From Actinobacteria bacterium UBA4426 (GTDB lineage Bacteria; Actinomycetota; Actinomycetes; S36-B12): a stretch of DNA of 64,000 nt. The stretch is from NCBI GenBank assembly GCA_002390705.1, contig DGQA01000005.1:162791-226790 (forward strand). Reading direction: 5' to 3'. Positions 27,605 to 36,922 of the stretch are shown here, in pieces. How positions within the stretch are numbered: position 1 is the stretch's first letter; each line of letters starts with the position of its first letter. A program made the translations under genes and the position numbers. The notes below the pieces were generated by a model, which was not told the DNA's origin, did not search any database, and saw nothing but the letters and a program-made list of their open reading frames with translations.

Positions 27605-28624
27605 ATGGCGGTTGCGCACACTCATCTCCGACGACTACCGGGACTCTCGCTGAACCCTCGGCTCATTATTCTCAACATGGGACCAATCTTTGTGTGGTGC
27701 ACAGTAGTTGCGAGCCTGTTGACTCAGGTAACAGCATCTTCAATAAATATCGGACCCCTTCCCGCTCTCCTCGCTCTCGTCGCTTTGGCTATTGGCATCC
27801 CGCACGGTGCTGCGGACAACCTGACCATGGTGCACTCACTGAACTGGCAGGGATGGGTTCGTCTTGCCGTGACCTATCTATCGATTGCCGGTGCTGCCGC
27901 GTTTTTAATAATCGCGGTACCGACAATTGGTTTTATTCTCGTTCTCGCCATGACCGTGTGGCATTTCGGCACGGGCGATGTTGAAGCAACTCAGGAACTC
28001 CAAGGCCGAGCACCCATTGCAGGTAAGTTTCGAGTCCTCTACGCACTAGCTCTGGGGAGTGCCCCCGTGCTACTTCCGCTTACTTCTCCGGCTGCATTGA
28101 GCACCGTCGTTTCACTTGAGCCGCGACTAGCGGCGATTTACTCCAGCCAGGTTACAACCATCACTCGAGCCATAGTTCTGACGTTAATTGTCGGCACAGT
28201 GGTGGCGCTGATTGATCGGGGTGATCTTCGTGGGGCTTTCGAGCTTTTCACGTTGGCGATCCTGGGACTTGTCCTGTCGCCTCTGATTGCATTTGCCATC
28301 TACTTTAGTGTTTGGCATGCCGCGCGACACACCGCTCGATTGGCTTTAGTAACTTCCGGGACCGTCTCAATTCGTTCGCTCGCCCGCGTGACGAAAGTGG
28401 GTATGCCATCCCTCGTCGGCTTCATTGTAATACTCACTGGAGTCACAGTATTTTTTGGGTCGGAGGCGTTCACAGGAACTGTTTTATGGATCGCACTCGC
28501 TCTTGTGTGGGGCCTGACCGTGCCGCACATGTGGTTCGTGACGCGTTTTGATAACCGAATTCGAGCTGAGCGAAGTCACGTAACTCAGGTGGATTCTTTC
28601 ACTCCTGTGACAACAATTAAATAG
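27605..28624 (+). CDS. blh: Brp/Blh family beta-carotene 15,15'-dioxygenase (retinal-forming)
   Basis: The four His motifs of Blh are present in order: GIPHGAADN, VWHFGTGD, SVWHAARH, LTVPHMW. The protein is multi-TM. Candidate starts are 27605 or 27677; the ORF-track start at 27431 looks over-extended. Confidence 0.8.
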   Translation: MAVAHTHLRRLPGLSLNPRLIILNMGPIFVWCTVVASLLTQVTASSINIGPLPALLALVALAIGIPHGAADNLTMVHSLNWQGWVRLAVTYLSIAGAAAFLIIAVPTIGFILVLAMTVWHFGTGDVEATQELQGRAPIAGKFRVLYALALGSAPVLLPLTSPAALSTVVSLEPRLAAIYSSQVTTITRAIVLTLIVGTVVALIDRGDLRGAFELFTLAILGLVLSPLIAFAIYFSVWHAARHTARLALVTSGTVSIRSLARVTKVGMPSLVGFIVILTGVTVFFGSEAFTGTVLWIALALVWGLTVPHMWFVTRFDNRIRAERSHVTQVDSFTPVTTIK

Positions 28625-28697
28625 TCGCTCCTCATGACCACAGGGAGCCCCGCACAGCAAAGTGGCGCGATCTTGTTTCACCCGTAACAATAGAGGC

Positions 28698-30218
28698 ATG
28701 ACCACTGTGGGCGTAGACCCAGATCGCCGTCCAATTTTTTTAGTCACCGGAGCAACGGGCTATGTTGGGGGTCGCCTCGTCAGAGAGTTAGTCGAACGTG
28801 GCGTACGAGTTCGTGCACTCGCCCGACACCCCGAGCGGCTCCGCGATTTCCCGTGGGCGGATCAGATCGAAATTGCAGCTGGGGATGCCGGTGATCCTGA
28901 ATCTCTGAGCCAGGCAATGCAGGGGGTAAGCGTTGCCTACTACTTACTCCACTCGCTCCAAGAAGGCCACAACCTCGAACGTGAGGAACGCCGCATCGCC
29001 GAAAATTTTGCTCAATGCGCTGCAAAGGCCGATTTGTCACGGATCGTGTACTTGGGTGGACTCGCGCCCGACGTGCCCGCAAAAAAAATGTCCCCTCACA
29101 TGCGATCCCGGGTTGAGGTCGGGCAAATCCTGCACGACTCTGGCGTACCAACGATCGAGTTTCGCGCCGCGGTCATTATTGGATCTGGTTCGGCTTCCTT
29201 CGAAATGCTGCGCTACCTCACCGAGCGACTCCCGGCCATGATTACCCCGAGATGGGTCCGAACTAAAACACAGCCGATTGCAGTGCGAGATGTCCTGCGT
29301 TATCTGGTCTTGGCCGCCGACCTACCACCGGAAGTGAGTAGGACTTTTGACATCGGAGGGCCTGACGTTTTGGCTTACCAGTCCATGATGCAACGCTATG
29401 CCAAAGTCGCCGGACTGCCCCGCCGATTAATTTTGCCCATCAACTTGTTGTCACCTCAGCTGTCAAGCCATTGGGTGGGGATGGTGACGCCCGTACCACG
29501 TGCCATCGCCAGGCCGCTCGTTCAGTCCTTGACACATCCTTCAGTATGTCTGGAGTCGGATATCAAGAAATTTATTCCTGACCCACCGGATGGACTCTTC
29601 CCTTTCGACCAAGCCGTCGCCCTAGCGCTAACCCGTATTCGAGACGCCGAAGTGGCCACCCGGTGGTCAAGCGCGAGCACACCGGGCGCTCCCAGCGAGC
29701 CGCTGCCCAGTGATCCGCATTGGGCCGGCGGAACACTTTATGAAGATGTTCGGGTCCTTGACTCAAGCGCGACACCAGAAGAATTGTGGGTGGCAGTTGA
29801 TTGTATCGGCGGACATAACGGTTGGTATTCAGCAAAGTTATTGTGGGAAGTGCGCGGCTTCATTGACCGGGCCGTGGGTGGGGTCGGATTAAGACGCGGC
29901 CGCCGAGACCCGAACTCTTTGAAGGTGGGTGACACCGTTGATTTTTGGCGCGTTGAAGAGCGGGAAACTCCCGCCTTGCTTCGGCTACGGGCGGAAATGA
30001 AGATGCCTGGAAGAGCCTGGCTGGAATTTGTCGTGAGTGCTGGCGAAAATGGTGGGTCTCGACTCACCCAGCGAGCTGTTTACTGGCCCAAGGGTCTGAG
30101 CGGTCACGCATACTGGTGGTCGGTTGCACCATTTCATGCCTTCGTGTTTCCACCCATGGCCAAACATATTGTCGAGCGAGCGGAATCTGCGCCTGCGCCA
30201 GCCTCAATCACTGAGTAA
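28698..30218 (+). CDS. NAD(P)-binding SDR-type oxidoreductase fused to a DUF2867-like C-terminal domain
   Basis: Rossmann motif FLVTGATGYVGGRLVREL. The long C-terminal domain fits the DUF2867 architecture as recalled. ATG at 28698. Confidence 0.7.
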   Translation: MTTVGVDPDRRPIFLVTGATGYVGGRLVRELVERGVRVRALARHPERLRDFPWADQIEIAAGDAGDPESLSQAMQGVSVAYYLLHSLQEGHNLEREERRIAENFAQCAAKADLSRIVYLGGLAPDVPAKKMSPHMRSRVEVGQILHDSGVPTIEFRAAVIIGSGSASFEMLRYLTERLPAMITPRWVRTKTQPIAVRDVLRYLVLAADLPPEVSRTFDIGGPDVLAYQSMMQRYAKVAGLPRRLILPINLLSPQLSSHWVGMVTPVPRAIARPLVQSLTHPSVCLESDIKKFIPDPPDGLFPFDQAVALALTRIRDAEVATRWSSASTPGAPSEPLPSDPHWAGGTLYEDVRVLDSSATPEELWVAVDCIGGHNGWYSAKLLWEVRGFIDRAVGGVGLRRGRRDPNSLKVGDTVDFWRVEERETPALLRLRAEMKMPGRAWLEFVVSAGENGGSRLTQRAVYWPKGLSGHAYWWSVAPFHAFVFPPMAKHIVERAESAPAPASITE

Positions 30219-30425
30219 ACACGGTGCGGTGTGAAAATTCGTAACACACCCGACTTCTATGGGTCTCCAACGGCGACCGCACCCAGAATCCTTGGCAAGG
30301 GCGCCATGAAGGGCGACTGGGAATCCGTGCTCCCAACAAAAAACTAGGACTCTCCGGACCCAATGAAATTTAGTCTTGCCTACTTGTCGCATGCGAAACT
30401 TGGAAATCCCTAAACTAGGGGGATC

Positions 30426-31439
30426 GTGTCTACAGAACCTGTCCCCACAAAATTACCTTCTAATCAATTTGACCACTTTTATAAAGGTGGATATCGAATT
30501 GGAAAGCTGCGCAATGGTCCGGGTGGACCCATGCGACCCGAGGAATGGATTGGGTCAACCACAACTAGATTTGGGGAGGACTCAACCGGGCTATCCAAGT
30601 TGGCAGATGGAACTTTGTTAAAAGATGCCATTGACGTCAATCCGGTCCCCTGGTTGGGGCAGAAGCATCTTGACAAGTTTGGGACGTCTACGGAGATCTT
30701 GGTCAAGTTACTAGATCCTGATCAACGGCTACCTGTTCACTACCATCCAGATCAAAAATTTTCTGCTGAAAAATTGCACGTTAATCACGGCAAGACCGAG
30801 GCATGGATAATTCTTGAAGCTCCCCCAAAGGCCAGGGTGGGATTGGGATTTAACCGCCAGATGGAGAAATCTGAAGTCGCCGCACTCGTGGCAGCACATG
30901 ACTCCGAGGGACTGCTTGATTCCTTGGTCTTCACGGAGGTAACTGCAGGTGACGCGGTGTTTGTGCCTGCCGGAATTCCCCACGCCATTGAATCCGGGAT
31001 ATTTGTTCTTGAACTTCAAGAACCAACGGACCTTTCAATTCTCTTGGAGTGGGATGGCTTCGCGGTTGACGGTGATAAAGATGGTCACCTCAACCTCGGG
31101 TTTGACAGTGCTCTTGATGCGTTACGGCTCTCACCGCTCAGCGAAAAGGAAAGCTCGCTAGTCATTAGTAAGTTTGACACGGCGGCCGATTCAACACATT
31201 CAATTTTCCAGTCGATCGCGGACCCATTTTTTCGGGCTGACTATCTCACCGGAAACGGCGAAGAAACACCTGCAGGATTTGGGATTTTCATGTGCTTGTC
31301 AGGCACAGGAAAACTTAATTTTCATAACTACGATCAACTATCGGTGGCTATCGGTGATGCCGTCGTGATACCCCACTCTGCCGGCAGTTTTCAGATCAAT
31401 GGCTGCGCTGGAATTTTGTGCCGCCCTCCCGAGGCCTGA
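30426..31439 (+). CDS. class I mannose-6-phosphate isomerase-like protein
   Basis: LPVHYHPD and HGKTEAWIILEA zinc-site motifs. Cupin fold length. GTG start. Confidence 0.7.
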   Translation: MSTEPVPTKLPSNQFDHFYKGGYRIGKLRNGPGGPMRPEEWIGSTTTRFGEDSTGLSKLADGTLLKDAIDVNPVPWLGQKHLDKFGTSTEILVKLLDPDQRLPVHYHPDQKFSAEKLHVNHGKTEAWIILEAPPKARVGLGFNRQMEKSEVAALVAAHDSEGLLDSLVFTEVTAGDAVFVPAGIPHAIESGIFVLELQEPTDLSILLEWDGFAVDGDKDGHLNLGFDSALDALRLSPLSEKESSLVISKFDTAADSTHSIFQSIADPFFRADYLTGNGEETPAGFGIFMCLSGTGKLNFHNYDQLSVAIGDAVVIPHSAGSFQINGCAGILCRPPEA

Positions 31440-31466
31440 CCCCGGTCTCAACAACAAATACTCGCG

Positions 31467-31926
31467 TCACCTGTAACCGAATGCCTCAGCTTCCGTCAGC
31501 GTGTCATCGAAGCGTTCGACTCCAACTGAAGTGGAGTGCGATTGAAAATTTTGCGCATCTGTCGCTACGCCAAGCCTAATGCAGTCCTGAACGCCCCAGT
31601 ATTCGTATAATTCATACCCGAATACGGAGGCAAACGCGTCCCCTGCACCAGTGGTTCCTGGGATCTGTGCCTCGGGTACTTTCACCGATCCTTGTCGCCA
31701 GGTTTTACCGGTCGAGTAAACCGCAACCGCGCACAAGTCGTGCACGTCCAGATCGTTCGAGGGCCTTTAGAGCACAGCAGATGGTCATCGGGTGCACGCC
31801 GAGCCGCTTGGCCGCGTCCTCAATACCCACACGATTCTCCTCGCGCAGCGTCCACGACGGTCGTTCCTGACGCTCTTCGGCGGAAAGAGATCCTTCGATA
31901 ATCATGGGTCTCCTGTTGGCCACCAT
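31467..31926 (-). pseudogene. remnant: DeoR-type regulator N-terminus joined by deletion to a PfkB sugar-kinase C-terminus (fruR-fruK-like)
   Basis: 31926-31705 encodes SAEERQER...VGIEDAAKRLGVHPMTICCALKALERSGRARLVRGCG, a DeoR HTH with RR changed to CC. 31745-31467, in another frame, encodes only the last ~90 aa of a PfkB kinase (PGTTGAGDAFASVF). Confidence 0.5.
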
Positions 31927-31958
31927 TGTTATACCTTGTTAATCTCTCATCTTATTAC

Positions 31959-34019
31959 ATGGCCACTAAATCGGGAGTTATTGTGAAGTCGTCCACCATC
32001 GCCGACCTACTCGGCAGATCGAACCGACTCGGCTCCGATCCGCGCAACACCAACTACGCTGGTGGTAACACCTCAGCCTGCGGTGAGGTCGTCGACCCCG
32101 TCACGGGTAAACCGATTGAGGTCATGTGGGTTAAAGGCTCCGGCGGCGACCTTGGAACACTCACCGAAGCCGGACTTTCCGTCCTGCGCCTTGATCGAAT
32201 GCGAGGACTAGTTGACGTATTCCGAGGCGAGGAGCACGACGACGAAATGGTCGCGGCCTTTAGCTACTGCCTGCATGGCACTGGTGGGGCCACCCCATCT
32301 ATCGACACGGCAATGCACGGACTGATCGGTCTCGCCCATGTGGATCACCTCCACCCCGACTCTGGTATCGCTCTTGCCACTGCCGCTGATGGCCCCGAAC
32401 TCACTCGACGGTGTTTCGGTGAGACCGTCGTCTGGGTGCCTTGGCGCCGACCGGGCTTTGCGCTCGCACTAGATATTGCCGAAATTCAACGCAGCAACCC
32501 GCAGGCGATCGGCTGCGTTTTGGGCGGACATGGCATCACTGCTTGGGGCAGCACATCCAAGGAGTGCGAGGCAAACTCTGAGCGCATCATCGGCACCGCT
32601 GAGCGATTTATCAACGAAAATGGCCGCCCCGACCCTTTTGGTGCTGTGCTACCAGGATACGAGCCCCTGCCCGAGGAGGAGCGCTACGCACTTGCAGCCC
32701 AACTAGCACCCGTCATCCGCGGTATGGCTTCGCGCGATCGACGTATGGTCGGACACTTGACGGACAGCAATGTCGTTCTTGACTTCCTGTCACGCGAACG
32801 TCACCGTGAACTTGCCGCTCTGGGTACTTCGTGTCCTGATCATTTCCTGCGCACGAAGGTGCGACCTATGGTGCTCGATCTCCCACCATCATCACCCGTA
32901 GCGGAGATTGAAGCTCGACTGCACGAACTGCACGAGGAGTATCGGACTGAGTATGCGGCCTACTACACGCGGTGGGCTACACCGCAGAGCCCGCCCATGC
33001 GCGGTGCAGATCCTGCCATCGTTCTTGTCCCTGGAGTCGGCATGTTTTCCTTCGGCGCAAACAAACAAACTGCCCGAGTCGCGGGAGAGTTCTACCTCAA
33101 CGCCATCAACGTGATGCACGGTGCTGAAGCGCTTTCCACCTACGATCCCATCTCCGAACAGGAGAAGTTCCGCATCGAGTACTGGGCTTTGGAGGAGGCA
33201 AAACTACAACGGATGCCCGCACCCAAGCGACATGCTGGTCGCGTTGCACTTGTCACCGGTGGGGGCAGCGGGATTGGAAAAGCGACCGCCGAAACACTTG
33301 TCCGCGATGGAGCAGTTGTTATCATCGCCGATCGCGATATAGAGGCCGCGCTCGCCGTCGCTGAGCAACTCGGTGGTCCTGACGTTGCGGTTGCGGTGGA
33401 GACCGATGTGACAGATGAAGTCGCAGTGCACTCCATGGTCGCCGCTGCTGCTTTGGCATTTGGTGGCGTTGATCTGGTCGTGAACAACGCAGGCCTTTCC
33501 ATTAGTCAGCCTCTGCTCGAGACCACGCTCCATGACGGGGACCTGCAACACGATGTTATGGCTCGAGGATCATTCCTCGTCTCACGCGAGTGTGGGCGAG
33601 TGATGATCGCCCAGAAAATGGGTGGTGACATTATCTACATCTCAAGTAAGAACGCTGTCCTTGCAGGCCCGACAAACATCGCCTACAGCGCAGAAAAAGC
33701 GAATCAGCCGCATCAGGTGCGACTGCTCGCTGTCGAGTTAGGCGAGTACGGCGTCCGCGTCAACGGCGTTGCCCCAGACGGCGTTGTTCAAGGGTCCGCA
33801 ATATTCGCAGGAGAATGGGGAGCAGATCGGGCGGCAGGCTACGGAGTGGAAGAAAAAGACCTCGGCGTTTTCGATGCACGACGCACTTTATTGAAGCGTG
33901 AAGTCTTGCCAGCAGATGTTGCTGCCGTCGTGAGCACGCTCGCCTCAGATGAGTTCTCGCGCACCACAGGCCTGATCGTACCCGTGGACTCCGGGGTGGC
34001 CGCAGCATTCCAACGCTAG
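31959..34019 (+). CDS. rhaEW: bifunctional rhamnulose-1-phosphate aldolase / short-chain (lactaldehyde) dehydrogenase
   Basis: N-terminal SNRLGSDPRNTNYAGGNTSA, a class II aldolase domain, and a C-terminal SDR (VALVTGGGSGIGKA, IAYSAEKANQPH). About 686 aa from the ATG at 31959. Confidence 0.85.
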   Translation: MATKSGVIVKSSTIADLLGRSNRLGSDPRNTNYAGGNTSACGEVVDPVTGKPIEVMWVKGSGGDLGTLTEAGLSVLRLDRMRGLVDVFRGEEHDDEMVAAFSYCLHGTGGATPSIDTAMHGLIGLAHVDHLHPDSGIALATAADGPELTRRCFGETVVWVPWRRPGFALALDIAEIQRSNPQAIGCVLGGHGITAWGSTSKECEANSERIIGTAERFINENGRPDPFGAVLPGYEPLPEEERYALAAQLAPVIRGMASRDRRMVGHLTDSNVVLDFLSRERHRELAALGTSCPDHFLRTKVRPMVLDLPPSSPVAEIEARLHELHEEYRTEYAAYYTRWATPQSPPMRGADPAIVLVPGVGMFSFGANKQTARVAGEFYLNAINVMHGAEALSTYDPISEQEKFRIEYWALEEAKLQRMPAPKRHAGRVALVTGGGSGIGKATAETLVRDGAVVIIADRDIEAALAVAEQLGGPDVAVAVETDVTDEVAVHSMVAAAALAFGGVDLVVNNAGLSISQPLLETTLHDGDLQHDVMARGSFLVSRECGRVMIAQKMGGDIIYISSKNAVLAGPTNIAYSAEKANQPHQVRLLAVELGEYGVRVNGVAPDGVVQGSAIFAGEWGADRAAGYGVEEKDLGVFDARRTLLKREVLPADVAAVVSTLASDEFSRTTGLIVPVDSGVAAAFQR

Positions 34020-34044
34020 GAGGGCCCAGATCCACCCAGTAGGG

Positions 34045-34200
34045 GCGCAGTCGAACCATTGAACCGTCGAGTTGATCAATGCTGGTGACGCCCATGAGTT
34101 GCAGTGTGGTCTTGATCTCTTTAGACAGGATGTCTAAGACTCGCTGCACCCCATACTGACCGCCCGCCATGATCAACGACGGTAGTTGTGGAGCAAGAAT
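34045..34200 (-). pseudogene. remnant of the C-terminus of an FMN-dependent alpha-hydroxy-acid dehydrogenase (LldD/glycolate-oxidase-like)
   Basis: LIMAGGQYGVQRVLDILSKEIKTTLQLMGVTSIDQLDGSMV matches only the last ~50 aa of the family. No upstream body exists, because the adjacent gene's stop sits at 34201-34203. Confidence 0.4.
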
Positions 34201-34911
34201 TCAGCGGCTGGCCACGTACACGGAGTTGGCTGATTCCCCGCCGGTGAGTGGATTGGGGAAACTCACAACATGCGTCGATGCTTCAGTAAAGGCGCCGGAC
34301 AAGACCCCAAGAAACTCCTGATCCGGCGGGTCGTCCGACCAGAGCGCGAATACACCGTTCGGCTTCAAGTGACGCCGCATGGACTGCAGACCCTCCCTTA
34401 AATAGAACGACGAGTGGCTTTGGTGCAGCACGTGTCGCGGGGTGTGATCTATGTCCAACAGGATAGCGTCGTACTGATCTGGTCGGCCCGCACCGAAACC
34501 CACCGGTCCATCAATAAGTGCGAAGAAGTCACCCTCGAGCAGGTGGGTTCGCGAATCAGTTGCGAGCCCTGCCGTATCGGGCAAGAGCTCGCGCTGATGC
34601 CAGTTGATCACCGGAGCAATCGCCTCAACGACGGTCAGGCTCTGGACTCGAGGATCGGCCAATGCAGCGACAGCGGTGTATCCCAATCCCAGACCACCCA
34701 CCAGCACTTCAATGCGATCGCCAGTTACTTGTGCAAGTCCAATTCGGGCAAGCTCGATCTCAGCAACGGTGAACAGGCTGGACATGAGGAACTCCTCCCC
34801 CAGCTTCACCTCATAGACGTTGACTCCCAGCGTCGGGTCTACTCGGCGTCGGAGGGAGATCTCTCCTCGAGGCGTGTCCTGCCAGTCGATCTCTTCAAAG
34901 CGCACAGCCAT
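34201..34911 (-). CDS. spermidine-synthase-like SAM-dependent methyl/aminopropyl-transferase family protein
   Basis: VLVGGLGLGYTAVAAL and DAILLDIDHTP motifs. The ATG at 34911 was preferred over the start at 34956. Confidence 0.6.
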   Translation of the reverse strand: MAVRFEEIDWQDTPRGEISLRRRVDPTLGVNVYEVKLGEEFLMSSLFTVAEIELARIGLAQVTGDRIEVLVGGLGLGYTAVAALADPRVQSLTVVEAIAPVINWHQRELLPDTAGLATDSRTHLLEGDFFALIDGPVGFGAGRPDQYDAILLDIDHTPRHVLHQSHSSFYLREGLQSMRRHLKPNGVFALWSDDPPDQEFLGVLSGAFTEASTHVVSFPNPLTGGESANSVYVASR

Positions 34912-35093
34912 CGCAATTCCTTGTCTCTCATGATCAACCCGCGGGTTAGCGCGCAAGTAACGAGCCGAGTTTCCTTAATATAGCGTGATCAAAAACACGT
35001 GAGCGTTCACTCACCGACGTCGAGTCAAGTATCTATCTCGTTTCGCTCGCACCTGATTACGACACCAAGTAATCGACCGCCTACGGTCAGGGT

Positions 35094-35906
35094 ATGCGAT
35101 TACTTCAGAGTTTCGTTAGGGCTGCACATCCGCTGCCCACAATCGCCGTTTCGCTGGTCATCACCGCATTTGCGTGGAGTCTTGGTTGGACCGGCTGGCT
35201 ACTGGTCACCGTATTCGCAGCGATTCTCATTGGCCAGTTATCGGTTGGTTGGAGCAACGACGCCTTCGACGCATCTTTAGATGCCCGCGTGGGGCGCGCG
35301 AGTAAACCTACGGTGGCGCTAACCGTGTCAGCCGGCGCACTATGGATCGCCGCAGTTTCCGCACTGATCATTGCAATCCTGCTCAGTTGGGCGGTCGCGG
35401 GTTGGTTGGGTGGTTCATTCCACGTATTCGCGATCCTGATGGCTTGGCTCTATAACATTCGCCTCTCCCGCACCGTGTGGTCCTGGCTCCCGTACGCATT
35501 GGCTTTCGGCGCAATGCCAGCCTTCCTTTCTTTTGGATTGAATGATGAACCCCCGACCGTTTGGGCTGTAGCCGTATTCGCAATCATCGGAGTGAGCGCC
35601 CACCTGGCAAACGCATTGCCAGATGCCGACTCTGATGCTGGAGCAGGGGTGGGTGGAATCGTGGTTCGTTTAGGGAACCGTAGATCCGTGCTTTTGTGTT
35701 GGCTCCTACTCGCACTTGGCAGCGGGGTCTTGGTTGTCGTCAGCTTCTTCGCGAGTACATGGCTGCCTCTTCTCATTGCCGGTGCATTCGTCTCAGCTGT
35801 GATCCTAGGCTCGCGTGGGAACCACCGAGCCGGAATGTTTCATGCACTGATCGCAATGGTGGGCGTTGACGTTGCCGCATTGGTATTTGTCACCGCAATC
35901 GGCTAG
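35094..35906 (+). CDS. UbiA family aromatic prenyltransferase
   Basis: About 8 TM segments. Asp-rich motifs WSNDAFDASLD and ANALPDADSD are present. Confidence 0.75.
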   Translation: MRLLQSFVRAAHPLPTIAVSLVITAFAWSLGWTGWLLVTVFAAILIGQLSVGWSNDAFDASLDARVGRASKPTVALTVSAGALWIAAVSALIIAILLSWAVAGWLGGSFHVFAILMAWLYNIRLSRTVWSWLPYALAFGAMPAFLSFGLNDEPPTVWAVAVFAIIGVSAHLANALPDADSDAGAGVGGIVVRLGNRRSVLLCWLLLALGSGVLVVVSFFASTWLPLLIAGAFVSAVILGSRGNHRAGMFHALIAMVGVDVAALVFVTAIG

Positions 35907-36922
35907 GCGGCTAAGGAGTCCACTATCCGGTTGAAGACTCGTGGCATTGCCCGCGCCGCGGGAACGATCATGGGGCGCAGTCCACGACGAGAGGACGCCC
36001 ACAGTAATCCGCCGGTCATTAAACGGTAGGACCTTGTCACTTTCTGCCACTCGTGCTCATAGCGCTCTGGTTCGTCAGTGAGAACAGCGTTCACTGCTGC
36101 TTCGGCTTCGGCAAAACCCAACCGCAAACCTTCACCGGTCAGTGCATCGATGTAACCGGACGCATCACCGACCAACAGTGCCCGATCGGCCGAACGCGCG
36201 CTCACCCGCTGAAGCAGTGGGCCGGCTCCGCGCAGATCACTCACTCTCGGTACGGAGTCGAGTCGCGCAGCGAGCTCGGGAACTCGTGCAATCGAATCAT
36301 CAAGGTTAAGGACAGATCGACCAAGAACGGCAACGCCAACCGTATCGGCACTGATCGGTGTGACATAGATTTCAGAATCTTCCAGCCAGTACACCTCAAC
36401 TAAATCGCTCCACGGCCTGACACCAAAGTGTTGGCGAATACCGAAACGTTGCGCACCCGATGTAACTTCTCCGAGCCCAAGGAGCCTTCGCACATTGGAG
36501 TGCAATCCGTCAGCACCGACGAGGTAACGGGCCCGAATCCCTCCCGCTTCTATCCAGCCATTCCCTTGACAGATCGCACTCACTCGACCGGTGACTATTT
36601 CGACTCCAAGCTCCAGTGCTCGCTCTTGTAACGCGGCGTGTAGGGCAAGGCGCCGCACTCCTCGACCTGGCCCCGAACGGAACCGTGCCTGGGCAACCCT
36701 TCCTTTGGAGATGTAACGGATTCCATGAAAGTCTTGACCGATCGGATCGACGCCAACTGCGCGTAGCCGCGACAGCGCATCGGGCATTAAACCCTCCCCG
36801 CACGCTTTATCGATCGGTCCAGGGCGCTGTTCAACCACAGCAACTTCAAGCCCACTGAGGCGCGCGCGGACAGCAGTCATCAGGCCGACCGGTCCACCTC
36901 CTGCAACAACTAGGTCAATCAT
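35903..36922 (-). CDS. FAD-dependent oxidoreductase (geranylgeranyl-reductase / aromatic hydroxylase-like)
   Basis: N-terminal dinucleotide fold MIDLVVAGGGPVGLMTA, with DKACGEGL and GDASGYIDALTGEG motifs. Confidence 0.75.
   Translation of the reverse strand: MIDLVVAGGGPVGLMTAVRARLSGLEVAVVEQRPGPIDKACGEGLMPDALSRLRAVGVDPIGQDFHGIRYISKGRVAQARFRSGPGRGVRRLALHAALQERALELGVEIVTGRVSAICQGNGWIEAGGIRARYLVGADGLHSNVRRLLGLGEVTSGAQRFGIRQHFGVRPWSDLVEVYWLEDSEIYVTPISADTVGVAVLGRSVLNLDDSIARVPELAARLDSVPRVSDLRGAGPLLQRVSARSADRALLVGDASGYIDALTGEGLRLGFAEAEAAVNAVLTDEPERYEHEWQKVTRSYRLMTGGLLWASSRRGLRPMIVPAARAMPRVFNRIVDSLAA

Noticed and set aside
33760-34044. Lower part of the 138-aa minus-strand ORF 33760-34176
   Set aside because: It is antisense to the rhaEW 3' end. 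Only the first ~50 codons (34200-34045) show family similarity (LldD-like relic). The rest is read-through after loss of the original stop.
34201-34203. Possible stop-codon read-through fusing the spermidine-synthase-like gene to the LldD-like relic (same frame across the TGA)
   Set aside because: The frame match has a one-in-three chance expectation. There is no recoding signal (no SECIS-like hairpin or slippery context), and the downstream peptide is only a non-functional C-terminal fragment.
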